Source: a bacterium
GTDB taxonomy: Bacteria > UBA8248
Length of the DNA stretch: 64,000 nt
Assembly: GCA_965207065.1 (NCBI GenBank)
Contig: OZ242260.1
Location: 1,312,001 to 1,376,000, forward strand
Direction of reading: 5' to 3'
The translations under genes and the position numbers were made by a program. A model generated the notes under the pieces. It did not search any database, was not told where the DNA came from, and saw only the letters and a list, made by a program, of their open reading frames with translations. Positions 52,213 to 63,035 of the stretch are shown piece by piece (positions within the stretch are counted from its first letter, which is position 1; every line of letters starts with the position of its first letter).

Positions 52213-52623
52213 TTATTCCCCGCTTAGTTCATCCAGCTTTCTCTCGAGCCGGTCGACCACTTCGGCGGCGTCGTCCGCCGGGTTGTAGTCCTGCGCCAGG
52301 TCGCCGTCGCCGCAGGGGCTTTTCACGACGAAGAACACGGACTTCTCACCGATGGTGCGCCCGCCGTGGCGCGTGTTCCGGGGGATGTGGACGAGGTCGC
52401 CCGGCTCGACGATGCGCTCCTCATCGCCCACGATCACGTAGCGCCTGCCCTCCAAAACGAGGTAGAACTGCTCCTCGTTGGGGTGGTAGTGCGGCGTCGC
52501 GCCCTCGCCCTCGAGGTAAGTCACGACGCCCACCTTCATCAGTTCGCCGGGCACCGTCTTGGCGGTCGCGGGCGATATCGCGGCGCGAACCTCTTCCATC
52601 TCGGAAATCTTGTAAAACGGCAT
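52213..52623 (-). CDS. Cupin domain protein
   Basis: PHYHPNEEQ...HIPRNTRHG. Confidence 0.88.
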   Translation of the reverse strand: MPFYKISEMEEVRAAISPATAKTVPGELMKVGVVTYLEGEGATPHYHPNEEQFYLVLEGRRYVIVGDEERIVEPGDLVHIPRNTRHGGRTIGEKSVFFVVKSPCGDGDLAQDYNPADDAAEVVDRLERKLDELSGE

Positions 52624-52711
52624 TCTCGCTTCCTCCCTCATATGTATTCGTGATTTTTCTCATTCAAGAGACCGCCGGCCGCTCGGGAAAATGAACGTCC
52701 GAACGGCCCCG

Positions 52712-53116
52712 TTACATGAATTCGCGCAGCTTTTCCTCCAGGCGGCGGACGATCGCTTCTGCGTCTTCCGCATCGTTGTGATCCTGATCGAGGCTGCCGT
52801 CGCCCGAGGGACTCTTGGCGGTGAACATGCGCACCTCGTCGATGATGACGCCGCCGTGCTTCGCTCCCCGGGGGATGTGGACGAGGTCGCCCGCGACGAC
52901 CAGGCCCTCCTCATCGCCTACGATCATCCACTGCCTGCCCTCCAGGATGAAGAGGAACTGCTCCTCGTTCGGGTGGTAGTGGGGCCGCGACATCTTGCCC
53001 TGGGGATAGGTGACGAAGCCCACCTTCATCAACTCCCCCGCCAGACCCTTGAAGCGGCCCATGGGCTGGGCGGCCACGTGCGATTCGGCCATCTCGGATA
53101 CTCTGTAAAACGGCAT
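52712..53116 (-). CDS. Cupin domain protein, paralog of the neighbour
   Basis: PHYHPNEEQ...HIPRGAKHG. Confidence 0.88.
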   Translation of the reverse strand: MPFYRVSEMAESHVAAQPMGRFKGLAGELMKVGFVTYPQGKMSRPHYHPNEEQFLFILEGRQWMIVGDEEGLVVAGDLVHIPRGAKHGGVIIDEVRMFTAKSPSGDGSLDQDHNDAEDAEAIVRRLEEKLREFM

Positions 53117-53374
53117 TTGATACTCCTCCTTCCGTATTTTCCCCCGACACAGCGTAGAGAATGCGCGGGGCGACCCTTCCAGTCAGGAACAGCCGGAATG
53201 TTCTGGAACCCTTGTCACAGGCAACGCCGGATTTCGCCCATTCTATAGAATCCGCCCGCTTTTCGCACGGGAAAGCCCGAGCGCGCTCTCGGGCGAATCG
53301 ACGGTTCAAGATTGTGGTATTATTCATTTCGTAAGATGCCGCTTGACTCAAGAGTTCCCGGAGGAATTTCCGCC

Positions 53375-53944
53375 ATGCCTCGCCGCACCGTCAGCGGGCT
53401 CAGACGCTTCATCTCACTCACGCTCGTTCTCATTCTATCCGGCTGCGCGGTCCAGACGTTCCCCACCCTGGGTGTTTTGAGGGAGGGATTGGCCTCCATG
53501 GTGGGCGCGCCCGTTGAGGCGCTCGTCGAGAAGATAGGCTACCCGGAGAGCGACGTCGCCCTCGGCGGCCGCAAGGTCTACACCTGGGACCACAGGAAAG
53601 CCTTCACCTACCTGGTGCCGGAGACCGTATGCCGGGATGAGATCGTGTTCCACCCCCGGGGCCGCCGCGAAGTGAGGAGAGTGTGCGAAACGCATCAGGT
53701 GGAGAGAACGGTGCTCCACCACTGCACGATCAAGGCGGAAGCCGACGAGGATGAGACGATCACCGGATACAGCTTCGACGGCAACGCGGACGGATGCGAG
53801 CGCTTCGCCGTGTTTTTCCGGAATCTCCCCTATGAGGCGTGCATCCAGAAACTCTCCGGCCTCAAGTTCGCGGTGAACATCGGGACGGAGCCGCAGGAGA
53901 AGCTGTCCGCGGCGATTGCGCGGTGCGAGCGATTGCACCGCTAG
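53375..53944 (+). CDS. Hypothetical Cys-rich lipoprotein
   Basis: LSGC lipobox; GGAGG RBS. Confidence 0.6.
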   Translation: MPRRTVSGLRRFISLTLVLILSGCAVQTFPTLGVLREGLASMVGAPVEALVEKIGYPESDVALGGRKVYTWDHRKAFTYLVPETVCRDEIVFHPRGRREVRRVCETHQVERTVLHHCTIKAEADEDETITGYSFDGNADGCERFAVFFRNLPYEACIQKLSGLKFAVNIGTEPQEKLSAAIARCERLHR

Positions 53945-53975
53945 GCCCCGAGTCGTTACGAAGACTCCGGGGTTC

Positions 53976-55370
53976 TCATGCCGTCCGGCCCACGGGCTGC
54001 TCCCGCGCGCCCGCCCCGCCCAGAAGCGCCATCAGGGAATCGATTTCGGGCTGCGTCTCGAAAGATTCCAGAAGCGCGAGCACTTCCTCGTATTCATCGG
54101 CCGCGAGAGTGGTTTTCGCGCAATCGCGGAACTTGGAGCGTATCTTCGCATCCTCCATCGGCCAGAGCGCGCAGCCGCGCGAGACGTCCGTTCTCTTTTT
54201 GAGGACGCGCCCGTCGTTCAGGCAAACGCGCACCTCGCTCGGGCGGCGCTCTCCGGGCCGCCACCCCATGTCGTCCGCCGTGACGTGGATTTTCTTCATC
54301 CAGTCCTGGAGCAGGGGTTCGCGCACCGCCTCGTCCGTGAAGGTCTCGAGGCGCAGGTCCCTATCCAGGAGCATGCGCGCCAGGCAGTATTCGATGGAGA
54401 ACTTCCCCTCCAGCCCCGTCTGCGGCGTGTGGTAGCGGAGCACCTGGGTCGAGATTTCGAGCAGGGAGACCTCGATGCGCGCGACGTCCGCCGCCGTGAC
54501 GCCCGCCTCCTCCACCAGGTCGTAGAGCGCGTCCACCGCCGGGTGGGTCGAGAGGCAGCACGGGTAGGGCTTCATGTTCATGCCGGGATCGGCGAGTGAA
54601 TAGGGTCTTCCCAGGCTTTGGGCGATCTCATCGGGGTTCGGCGCGCCGCCCCCGGCGTATACTTGCAGGAATCCGCGCGGGGCTTCCAGTATCGTCGTGT
54701 TCGCCGTGAGGCCTGCCGCCGCGAGTTCCGCCGCGCGAAGTCCCGCCTCGGGCGCGAGGCCCGCGTGCAAGGGCTTCGTCATCGTGCCGAAGTTGGCGTG
54801 AACGCCCGAAGCGTGCGACGCCGCGATGCCGAGCGCGTGGCGCGTTGTTTCCACGTCGAACCCCCGCAGGTGGGCCGCGGCCGCCGCAGCGCCCAGCGTG
54901 CCGAGCGTGCAGGTGGAATGCCAGCCCGCGCCGTAGTGTTCGGGATTCATCCCCAGCCCCAGCTTGGTCGATATCTCGTAGCCGATGACAAAGGCTTCCA
55001 GCACCTCGCGGCCCGACGCGCCCTGCTTCTCCCCTTGCGCCAGTACGGCGGGCAGGACGACCACGCTCGGGTGGCCGCTCAGCAGGTAGCTCGAATCGTC
55101 GAAGTCGAGCGCGTGGCCCATGGCCCCGTTGACGAGGGCGGCCAGAGGCGCCGCGGCGCGCTCGCCTGAGCCGATGATGCTCGCCTCGGGCGCGCCGCCC
55201 ATTTTGCGCGCGAAATCGGCCACGATTCGCCCCACGGGCTCGTTCACGCCCGCGAGCGTCACGCCCACGGTGTCGACCGCCGCCTTCTTCGCGCGCTCGA
55301 TCGCAAGCGCCGGAAAATCCGCCCACTTCGTCTCGACGATGAATTCCGCCATCCGTTCGGTAACACCCAT
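53976..55370 (-). CDS. MmgE/PrpD family protein
   Basis: HALDFDD, HPS, GWHST, TKPLHAG, KPYPCC..TH, KFS. Confidence 0.92.
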   Translation of the reverse strand: MGVTERMAEFIVETKWADFPALAIERAKKAAVDTVGVTLAGVNEPVGRIVADFARKMGGAPEASIIGSGERAAAPLAALVNGAMGHALDFDDSSYLLSGHPSVVVLPAVLAQGEKQGASGREVLEAFVIGYEISTKLGLGMNPEHYGAGWHSTCTLGTLGAAAAAAHLRGFDVETTRHALGIAASHASGVHANFGTMTKPLHAGLAPEAGLRAAELAAAGLTANTTILEAPRGFLQVYAGGGAPNPDEIAQSLGRPYSLADPGMNMKPYPCCLSTHPAVDALYDLVEEAGVTAADVARIEVSLLEISTQVLRYHTPQTGLEGKFSIEYCLARMLLDRDLRLETFTDEAVREPLLQDWMKKIHVTADDMGWRPGERRPSEVRVCLNDGRVLKKRTDVSRGCALWPMEDAKIRSKFRDCAKTTLAADEYEEVLALLESFETQPEIDSLMALLGGAGAREQPVGRTA

Positions 55371-55434
55371 GTCGCGTCTCCTCGTTCAGGAACTTCAGGC
55401 CCATTCAACTCTTAAGAAAGTTTTCCTGGCGCCT

Positions 55435-56532
55435 TTATGACAAAGAACTACCTTTAATCGCGTTGATCGAGGCGGGATCGATCGAAACGTAAACGCTCGC
55501 GCCTGATTCGAGCAGCGGCAGCCGGTGTCCGTGCACGCGGATTTTCTGGTCGGCGGCGTTCAGCCAAAGCTCCAGCACGCCGCCCATATACACTGCCTTC
55601 TCAACGCTGCACTCGATGACGTTCGGTGTCCCCTCGGGAGGCGCCTCCAGGCTCGCAACGCAATCCTCGGGCCGGATCGAGAGCAGCACCTTTGAGCCTT
55701 CCGATACGCCTGTGCTCTTGCAGAGCAGCGGCACCTCGCCGACCTTCACCGCCGTCTGGGCATTGCCCGCGCCTGCGGCGACGACCTCGCCTTCCAGGAA
55801 GTTCGAGATGCCGACGAAACCGGCGACGAACTGGTTGGCGGGGTGCTGGTAGATGTCGCTCGGCGAACCCATCTGTTCGATGCGCCCCTCGTTCATCACC
55901 ACGATGATGTCGCTCATCACCATCGCCTCTACCTGGTCGTGTGTGACGAATATGGTGGTGATGCCGGATTCGGTTTGCAGTTCCTTGAGCTCCAGGCGCA
56001 TTTCCTCGCGCAGCGCCGCATCGAGGTTCGAGAGGGGTTCGTCGAGGAGCAGCACGTCGGGCTCGTACACCAGCGCGCGGGCGAAGGCGACGCGCTGCTG
56101 CTGGCCGCCGGAGAGCTGCGAGGGGTAGCGCTCCCCCAGGCCGTCGAGCCGCACCAGGCCCAGGGCGCGCTCCACGGCGCCTGCGATTTCGTTTTTGGGC
56201 GTATTCCGCATCTGCAGGCCGAAGGCGACGTTGTCACGCACCCGCAGGTGCGGCCAAAGCCCGTAGGATTGAAATACCATGCCCAGGTTTCGCTTGTGGG
56301 CGGGCACCAGCACGCTTTCAGACGCGCTCGATATCAGCCGCTCGCCGACATGCACGTCGCCGTCGTCGGGGGTTTCGAAACCGGCGATGATGTTCAGGGT
56401 GGTCGTCTTGCCGCAGCCGCTCGGCCCCAGCAGGGTCAGCAGCTTGCCCTTGGGCACCTCGAAGGAAATCCCGGCGACGGCGACCACCTCGCCGAATCTC
56501 TTCACCAGTTTCTCGACCCGTACGTTCTGCAT
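55435..56532 (-). CDS. ABC transporter ATP-binding protein (Fe3+/polyamine class)
   Basis: GPSGCGKT, LSGGQQQR, LLLDEP, C-terminal TOBE-like region. Confidence 0.93.
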   Translation of the reverse strand: MQNVRVEKLVKRFGEVVAVAGISFEVPKGKLLTLLGPSGCGKTTTLNIIAGFETPDDGDVHVGERLISSASESVLVPAHKRNLGMVFQSYGLWPHLRVRDNVAFGLQMRNTPKNEIAGAVERALGLVRLDGLGERYPSQLSGGQQQRVAFARALVYEPDVLLLDEPLSNLDAALREEMRLELKELQTESGITTIFVTHDQVEAMVMSDIIVVMNEGRIEQMGSPSDIYQHPANQFVAGFVGISNFLEGEVVAAGAGNAQTAVKVGEVPLLCKSTGVSEGSKVLLSIRPEDCVASLEAPPEGTPNVIECSVEKAVYMGGVLELWLNAADQKIRVHGHRLPLLESGASVYVSIDPASINAIKGSSLS

Positions 56533-58256
56533 CAGGTGAGGCCCTCCACGTCTTTTTGTTTCGTGAGCCAGCGCACCATCGCCACCGAACCCAGCGACAG
56601 GATAACAATGATGAGCGAGAGGATGCACACGTGCGAGAAGAGCCCCTCGTCGTAGAGCTGGATGAGGATCGTGCTGATCACCTCCTTGTTCGAGCTGAAC
56701 AGCATGATCGAGGCGGAGAGTTCGCGCATCATCGATACGAAAAGAATGATCCAGCCGGCGACGATGCCCGGCATGGCCAGGGGCACGAGGATCTTCCAGA
56801 AGACGACGCCCCAGTTCGCGCCGCTCACGGCGGCGGCCCGCTCCAGCTCCTCATGGATCTGCGTGATGGAATTCGAAACCGACCGCACGCCGAAGGGCAG
56901 GAAGCGCGTGATGTATGCGATCAGGATGATCCACAGCGTGTGGTACAGGTTGAACGGCTCGCGGATGTAGGCCCAGAGCATGGCGAGGGCGATGACCGCG
57001 CCCGGAATCGCCACCGGAATGAGCGCCAGAAAATCGAGCGTTCCCCGGCCCTTCCAGGTGCTGCGGACCACGAAATAGGCGACCACGGCGGAGAGCGCGA
57101 TGCCGATAGTCGCGCCCATGAAACTCAGGAACAGGCTGTTCTGGATGGAGCGCAGGATGACCGCGCCCCCGTCGCCGGTGATGATCTCATGGATGTGGCC
57201 CAGCGTGAGGTATTCAAAGGTCGGCGGGCGTCCGCGGTTGGAGATGAACGTGCCGTAGATCAGCGTCAGCACGGGCAGGATCGCCGAAACCAGAAGGTAG
57301 AAGGAGGCGAAGGCCAGCGCGACGTATTTCCACGGCCCCAGTTCCACGAGCCGCGGCCGGAAGCTCTTGCCCGCGACCGTGGTGTATCTGGCGCTTCGGC
57401 CCAGCGCCCTGGTCTGGCCCCAAAGCGCCAGCCCGCAAACCAGCAGGATGGGGATCGACATGGCTGCGGCGTGCGAGAAGTTCGGCGGGATGCCGAGCAT
57501 CATGCGCCATAGCTGGGTTGAGAACACGTATATGCCGCCCGAGACGCCGATGGTCGCCGGTATGGCGAAGACCTCCAGCGACTGGATGAACGTGAGCAGC
57601 GCGCCGGAGAGGATGGCCGGCGCCGCCATCGGCAGCGTGATCCGGAGCGTCGTCTTCCACTGGTTCGCGCCGCTCACGTGGGCGGCATTCTCAAGCGTCG
57701 GGTCCATGTTCTTGAACGCCGTGACCGTGAAGATGAACACGTAGGGCGCTAAGGAGAGCGCCATCACGAAGATGAGTCCGCCCATGGTGAATATGTCGAA
57801 CAGCGGCTCCTTCGTGCCGGCCAGCCACTTCCAGAACAGATTGACGAAGCCGACGCGCGGCGTGCCGAGATAGGCCCAGGCCACCGCCACAACGACGGGC
57901 GGCATGATGAAGGGCAGAATCGCTATCATGTTGATGTAGTTTCTGAGCGGCGTGTCGGTGCGCCCGACGATCCAGGCGAGCGGAACGCCGATGAGCACGG
58001 ACAGACTCGTCACCCCGGCCGACATGACGGCGGTGTTCCAAAGCACCTCGCCCATGTACTCCGCCTCGAAGATGGCGAAGTAGGCGTCGAGGGTGAAGTC
58101 CGAGCTTATCGGGTCGGGTCTGAAGCTGCCCAGCACCAGCCAGAACAGCGGGTACAGCACGACGAAGCCGATGACGAGAAGACATCCCCATTCGAGTACC
58201 CGAACGGTGCTCGGCAGCCTGAACATGGCAAACGAACGGGGACGCATCTCAGTCAT
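56532..58256 (-). CDS. ABC transporter permease, FbpB-like duplicated domain
   Basis: Two EAA loops (LENAAHVSGA, LERAAAVSGA). Confidence 0.92.
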   Translation of the reverse strand: MTEMRPRSFAMFRLPSTVRVLEWGCLLVIGFVVLYPLFWLVLGSFRPDPISSDFTLDAYFAIFEAEYMGEVLWNTAVMSAGVTSLSVLIGVPLAWIVGRTDTPLRNYINMIAILPFIMPPVVVAVAWAYLGTPRVGFVNLFWKWLAGTKEPLFDIFTMGGLIFVMALSLAPYVFIFTVTAFKNMDPTLENAAHVSGANQWKTTLRITLPMAAPAILSGALLTFIQSLEVFAIPATIGVSGGIYVFSTQLWRMMLGIPPNFSHAAAMSIPILLVCGLALWGQTRALGRSARYTTVAGKSFRPRLVELGPWKYVALAFASFYLLVSAILPVLTLIYGTFISNRGRPPTFEYLTLGHIHEIITGDGGAVILRSIQNSLFLSFMGATIGIALSAVVAYFVVRSTWKGRGTLDFLALIPVAIPGAVIALAMLWAYIREPFNLYHTLWIILIAYITRFLPFGVRSVSNSITQIHEELERAAAVSGANWGVVFWKILVPLAMPGIVAGWIILFVSMMRELSASIMLFSSNKEVISTILIQLYDEGLFSHVCILSLIIVILSLGSVAMVRWLTKQKDVEGLT

Positions 58257-58274
58257 CGACCGGTCAGAAACCGG

Positions 58275-59285
58275 TTATTTCTTTCTCTTCGCTTCACGAA
58301 TGTGCTTGGTCATGAAGGAGCGGTATTTCTTCTGGTCCTTGAACACCTTCTCCCAGTTCGCATACAGCGGCGTGAAGGGAAAGGGGATGCCCTTCACGTG
58401 CGGCACGTCCGAGCGCGCGGAGTTGATTTTCACGTTCTGGGTGATGACCGTCTGGCCTTCCTTGGAAAGGATCCAGCGGTACACCCGCTCCGCGTTCTTG
58501 GGGTTCGGGCCGTCTTTCACCATGCCGAATGAAGCCGGGATGACCGGCGTGCCTTCTTTCATCTTGGCGATCTTGATCTTGGCGCCCTTGTTGATGCGCC
58601 GGATGGCGATGTATTCGAACACCATCGTCACGTCGCGCTCGCCCGTGGCGACGCGCTCTGTCGAGGCGCCCATGCGCGACTGCACCAGCGCGCCGTTATA
58701 GAGCAGGCCCTTGATGTATTTCTCGCCGAAACCATCCGCGCCGTAGAAGAAATCCCACAGACCGGCGGACTGGAACGGGTCGACCAGCACGAGTCGGTTC
58801 TTCCATTTGGGCCCCGTCAGTTCGGCAAAGCTCGTCGGCGCCTCGCCGGGCTTCACGTTGTCGGTGTTGTAGATGACCTGCAGCGTCGGCGCGCGCAGCC
58901 CGACCCACTGGGCTTTTTCGTCCTTGCCCCAGGCCGGGAACTTCTTGGCCTCGGGGAACTGCGTGACGTTCTTCACGTAGCCTCTCTTGGCGAGGTCGTA
59001 CCAGCCCGGCGTGTAGCTGAAGTGCAGCAGATCGATCTTGCCCTTGCCGACTGAACGCTCCGCTACGAAGCGCTGGTAGAGGCTCACGCCGCCCGCGGTG
59101 ATGGACTGCACCTTGATGTCCGGGAATTTCTTTTCGATTCCCTTCACCAGCGTCGCCTGCGCAGCCGTGGTGAGCGAGGAGTAGAAGATGAGGTTGGCTT
59201 TTTGCGCCACGGCCGCCTGGGACGTGAACGCCACGAACCCGGCAATGAGCAAAATCACGAGAATCGACTTGCTGTATCGTTTCAT
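58275..59285 (-). CDS. ABC transporter substrate-binding protein
   Basis: Signal peptide; IYNT, P.SFAEL..PKWK, PNPKNA. Confidence 0.88.
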   Translation of the reverse strand: MKRYSKSILVILLIAGFVAFTSQAAVAQKANLIFYSSLTTAAQATLVKGIEKKFPDIKVQSITAGGVSLYQRFVAERSVGKGKIDLLHFSYTPGWYDLAKRGYVKNVTQFPEAKKFPAWGKDEKAQWVGLRAPTLQVIYNTDNVKPGEAPTSFAELTGPKWKNRLVLVDPFQSAGLWDFFYGADGFGEKYIKGLLYNGALVQSRMGASTERVATGERDVTMVFEYIAIRRINKGAKIKIAKMKEGTPVIPASFGMVKDGPNPKNAERVYRWILSKEGQTVITQNVKINSARSDVPHVKGIPFPFTPLYANWEKVFKDQKKYRSFMTKHIREAKRKK

Positions 59286-59599
59286 GTTCGTCTCTCCTTG
59301 ATGGTGGAACGAATAGCCCTAAGAACAAGTCTGTTGAGAACTCGTTCTCTGCGAATCTTTCCGGCGCGGTTGCGCTGTGGCTACCCCGAATTTTGTATAT
59401 GTGTTCATTAGAGCAGGTTCGGGAGGTCGGGTCAAACGATCTCCGGGCGGGTCGAACGAGGTCGCACCGGGTTAAAGATTGCGTTGTAAATGTCCTTGTC
59501 GGGGGACATCGCCTCTAGCGGGAAGGCCGCTTCCGCACGAACCCCCGACTCTCTTCGTCAGAACCAACCCCCCTTATCAGGGGGCTTTTTCAACAACCC

Positions 59600-61018
59600 C
59601 TACAACTCGGGTTTTCGCTCGCGCAATCCGGGCGTCGCTTCCTCGTATGCGTGGCCGACCCGGAACCCGCGCGCCTCGTCGCCGGGGCGGGTCGTGATCT
59701 GCATCGCCATCGGGAGTCCGTGGACGGAATCGAAGCCAGTCGGCACCATCAGGCCGGGGAAGCCCCAGAAATTCTGCACGCCCGTGAGGTTGCGCCCCAG
59801 GCCGATGAAGTCCATCTCCTTGCCGTTCACGAGCGCCGTGGTCGTCTCGACGGGCGCTGCGAGGCAGGGATAGCCGGGCGAGAGCATGGCGTCGTAAGGG
59901 GCCATAAGGTCGATCATCATGCGCGTCAGCGCCTTGCGGCGGTTGATGGCGTCGATATAGGTCGCCAGCGTGGTTTTCTCGGCGTTCGCGATTCGCTGTT
60001 GCAGACGAATCCCGTAGCCTTCCGGGTCCGCGTGATAACGCTCGCCGTGCACGCGGTAGAACTCCGCGTCCGCGATGGCGCGGCGGTGGGGGTTGATCTC
60101 CCCCGCGAAGGAGCAGGGGACTTCCTCGATTTCAGCGCCCAGCCTGCGCAGCGCGTCGATCGCCGCCTCGAACGCCTCCAGGATGGGCGCATCGATCTCG
60201 ACGTCGATCAAATCAGACGAAATCATGAAGCGCATGCCTTGGACGCCCTTTTCCAGGTTGGCGGAAAAATCGGGCGTTTCGATATCGGCGGAAAATGGAT
60301 CGTCCGGGTCGTAGCCCGCGAGCGCCTGAAACAGCAACGCGCAATCGCGCACCGTCCGCGTCAAGGGTCCCACATGGTCGAGACTCGTCGCATTGGGATA
60401 TACGCCGCGCAGGCTGATCCGCCCGTAGGTCGGCTTTAAGCCCACCACGCCGCAAATCGCTGCCGGTCCCCGAACGGACCCGCCGGTGTCGGTGCCGAGC
60501 GCGCCGGGCGCCATTCTTGCTGCGACCGCGGCGCCCGAGCCGCCGCTCGAGCCCGCGGGCACCCGGGTGAGGTCCCAGGGGTTGCGGCACGCCCCGTGGT
60601 GGGGGTTCTTGGTCGCCGATTCGGCGGCGAACTCCGCCGTGTTGCACTTGCCGAGCATCACGGCGCCCGCCTCGCGGAGCCGCCGGACGCACTCGGCGTC
60701 CTGGGCGGGCACGTTGTCGCGGTAAAAACTCGAACCCTGCGTGGTGCGCACGCCCGCCGTGTCGATGATGTCCTTGACGCCGATAGGAACCCCGTGCAGC
60801 GGCCCCCGGAGCCTGCCCGCCGCGATTTCCTCCTCGGCCGTCATCGCCTCGGCGCGTGCTCTTTCGTGCGCAATGGTCGTAAACGCGTTCACCGCCGGAT
60901 TGAGCGTGTCGATGCGCGAAAGGTGCGCATCGGTCACCTCAACGGGCGATAATTCACCAGCGGCGATTTTTCTCGACAAATCATCAATCGTGAGATCGCA
61001 GATTTCAGTTGCACTCAT
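59600..61018 (-). CDS. Amidase signature family protein
   Basis: GVKD, GSSGGS, GTDTGGSVRGPA; start 61018 or 61024. Confidence 0.92.
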   Translation of the reverse strand: MSATEICDLTIDDLSRKIAAGELSPVEVTDAHLSRIDTLNPAVNAFTTIAHERARAEAMTAEEEIAAGRLRGPLHGVPIGVKDIIDTAGVRTTQGSSFYRDNVPAQDAECVRRLREAGAVMLGKCNTAEFAAESATKNPHHGACRNPWDLTRVPAGSSGGSGAAVAARMAPGALGTDTGGSVRGPAAICGVVGLKPTYGRISLRGVYPNATSLDHVGPLTRTVRDCALLFQALAGYDPDDPFSADIETPDFSANLEKGVQGMRFMISSDLIDVEIDAPILEAFEAAIDALRRLGAEIEEVPCSFAGEINPHRRAIADAEFYRVHGERYHADPEGYGIRLQQRIANAEKTTLATYIDAINRRKALTRMMIDLMAPYDAMLSPGYPCLAAPVETTTALVNGKEMDFIGLGRNLTGVQNFWGFPGLMVPTGFDSVHGLPMAMQITTRPGDEARGFRVGHAYEEATPGLRERKPEL

Positions 61019-61309
61019 TCTCATATCCTCGATTGCGTGTGGATGACCAGATGAGAGGAAAAACCGGGCTTTCGGGCGATTCCATGCATCATGATACGGA
61101 TTGCGCATCCTAACAGGTTTCAGGGGCGGGGCTAAGGGGTGCAATATACCTTCAATGTTTCCTGCAGGCGTCATCTTGCGCAGGAGAGACCTCCCGCGGT
61201 TCGGCGCGCAGACCGAAAGTGCTAGGATGATTTCTCGTTTCCATCAATCTTATAGAGAGCGTCCCCGGCGAAAACCCGGGCGGCCTCGTCATCAGCAAAG
61301 GAGCGCGTC

Positions 61310-62485
61310 ATGCCGGAAGCACCCGCCAACACACGATGGTTCACCTATTTCCCCGAGGATTACCGATGGTCATCGGGCGTCGTGAACTGCCTCTCCGTGG
61401 CCCCCTGGGGCGGGGCCGACATCGGCGAGGTCGATCAGGTGGGCAGACGCCTCAGGAAAGACGTCGGCAACGACGCGCTCTGGTTCCGCGAGTGGGTGCG
61501 CATGGCGAACAAGGTGCGCGATTTGGGCCTGGCGGAGGAGGAGAACAACCACCGCCTGAGCGCCGCCTACCACCACAAGCGCGCGGCGATGTACTTTCAA
61601 ATTGCCGAGCGCTTCCGCACGCCCAAGGACAAGCGGGCGAAAGACGCCTACAAGCTCGCGCTGGACAGCTTCCTGCGCTTCACGAAACTTACCGACGCGC
61701 CCCGCATCGAGCGCGTCGAGGTGCCGTATGAGAACGGCGTGAACCTGCCGGGGTATTTCGTGCACGCCCAGAACACGAAAAAGGCCAGGCCGCCCGTCGT
61801 CGTCTATTTCGACGGCCTGGACATCACGAAGGAGATTCAGTACCTGCGCGGCGTTGAGGAATTCGTGCGGCGCGGGATGAGCTGTCTCGTCATGGACGGG
61901 CCGGGAACCGGGGAGGCCATTCGCTTCCGCGAGCAATACCTCCGCCCCGATTATGAAGTCGCAGGCACCGCCGCGCTCGATTATCTCGAAACGCGCGGGG
62001 ACGTGAACGCCCAAAAAGCCGCCGTCATCGGCATCAGCCTGGGCGGATACTACGCGCCCCGCATCGCCAGCATGGAGAGGCGCTACAAGGCGTGCGTCGC
62101 CTGGGGGGCGTGCTGGGATTACCACGCGACGTGGAAAAAGCGCGTCGCCGCCTCGATGCAGACGGAACTATCCGTTCCCGGCCACCACATCCTGTGGATC
62201 TTCAACACGACGAATTTCGAGGACACCTTCAAGAAGCTGGAGGGTTTCCGGCTCGACGGCGTTGTGCAGAAGATGCGCTGCCCCTTTCTGCTCACCCACG
62301 GAATCGACGACAAGCAGGTGCCCACGCGCGACGCGCGCAAGCTGTTCAACGCCGTGGGCTCCAAGGACAAGACGCTCAAGATATTCACGGTGAAGGAGGG
62401 CGGCTCCCAGCATTGCCAGCGCGACAACCTCTCGCTCGGCGTCACCTACATCGCCGACTGGCTGATGGAGAAGCTCAAGCCTTGA
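61310..62485 (+). CDS. Alpha/beta hydrolase (FrsA / 2,6-dihydroxypseudooxynicotine hydrolase-like)
   Basis: GLD..KE, DGPGTG, GISLGGYYAPR, GGSQHCQ. Confidence 0.85.
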   Translation: MPEAPANTRWFTYFPEDYRWSSGVVNCLSVAPWGGADIGEVDQVGRRLRKDVGNDALWFREWVRMANKVRDLGLAEEENNHRLSAAYHHKRAAMYFQIAERFRTPKDKRAKDAYKLALDSFLRFTKLTDAPRIERVEVPYENGVNLPGYFVHAQNTKKARPPVVVYFDGLDITKEIQYLRGVEEFVRRGMSCLVMDGPGTGEAIRFREQYLRPDYEVAGTAALDYLETRGDVNAQKAAVIGISLGGYYAPRIASMERRYKACVAWGACWDYHATWKKRVAASMQTELSVPGHHILWIFNTTNFEDTFKKLEGFRLDGVVQKMRCPFLLTHGIDDKQVPTRDARKLFNAVGSKDKTLKIFTVKEGGSQHCQRDNLSLGVTYIADWLMEKLKP

Positions 62486-63035
62486 GGATTAATTCCGACC
62501 AATGCGGGAGGAATTAACCGACCGGGGAAGGAGGGTTTGCGGCAATCAGAGAGGGCGGTTTACGCCCCGGCAAGGCGCTCTGCCACCTTCAGGAACCGCG
62601 CGGCAGAAGACCCCGGCCTGCCGCTGAATACAAGAGGCGCTTCCCCGGAAGGCCGAAGCAGGCGGGAGCCCACCTCAGACCTGTTCCTCGTGGATTGTGT
62701 CGCAACCAGCCCGGAACTACGAATTGATCGTATTGCCGCATCCGGCGCTTTTCAAAAAGACTACGAAAGGCCTAATTACGGCCCATAAATACGCGAGGGA
62801 GATGCGAACGCGGCCGGTCACGCAATGCAGTCTCATGGAGGCCTCGAAGCTCTCCGCTCCACCATGCTTCTTCTATCGCAATTCACGTCCCGACATCTTG
62901 TAATCATGTATATTATATGGATAATATTATGAATTAGGTGTGAATAATTCTAGTATTCACATGACTGCAACGCGAATTCTGTGCTCTTTCCGGTAACCGA
63001 TCCGGCCTACCCCCCGCCGGAAGGAGGCAGATGCC

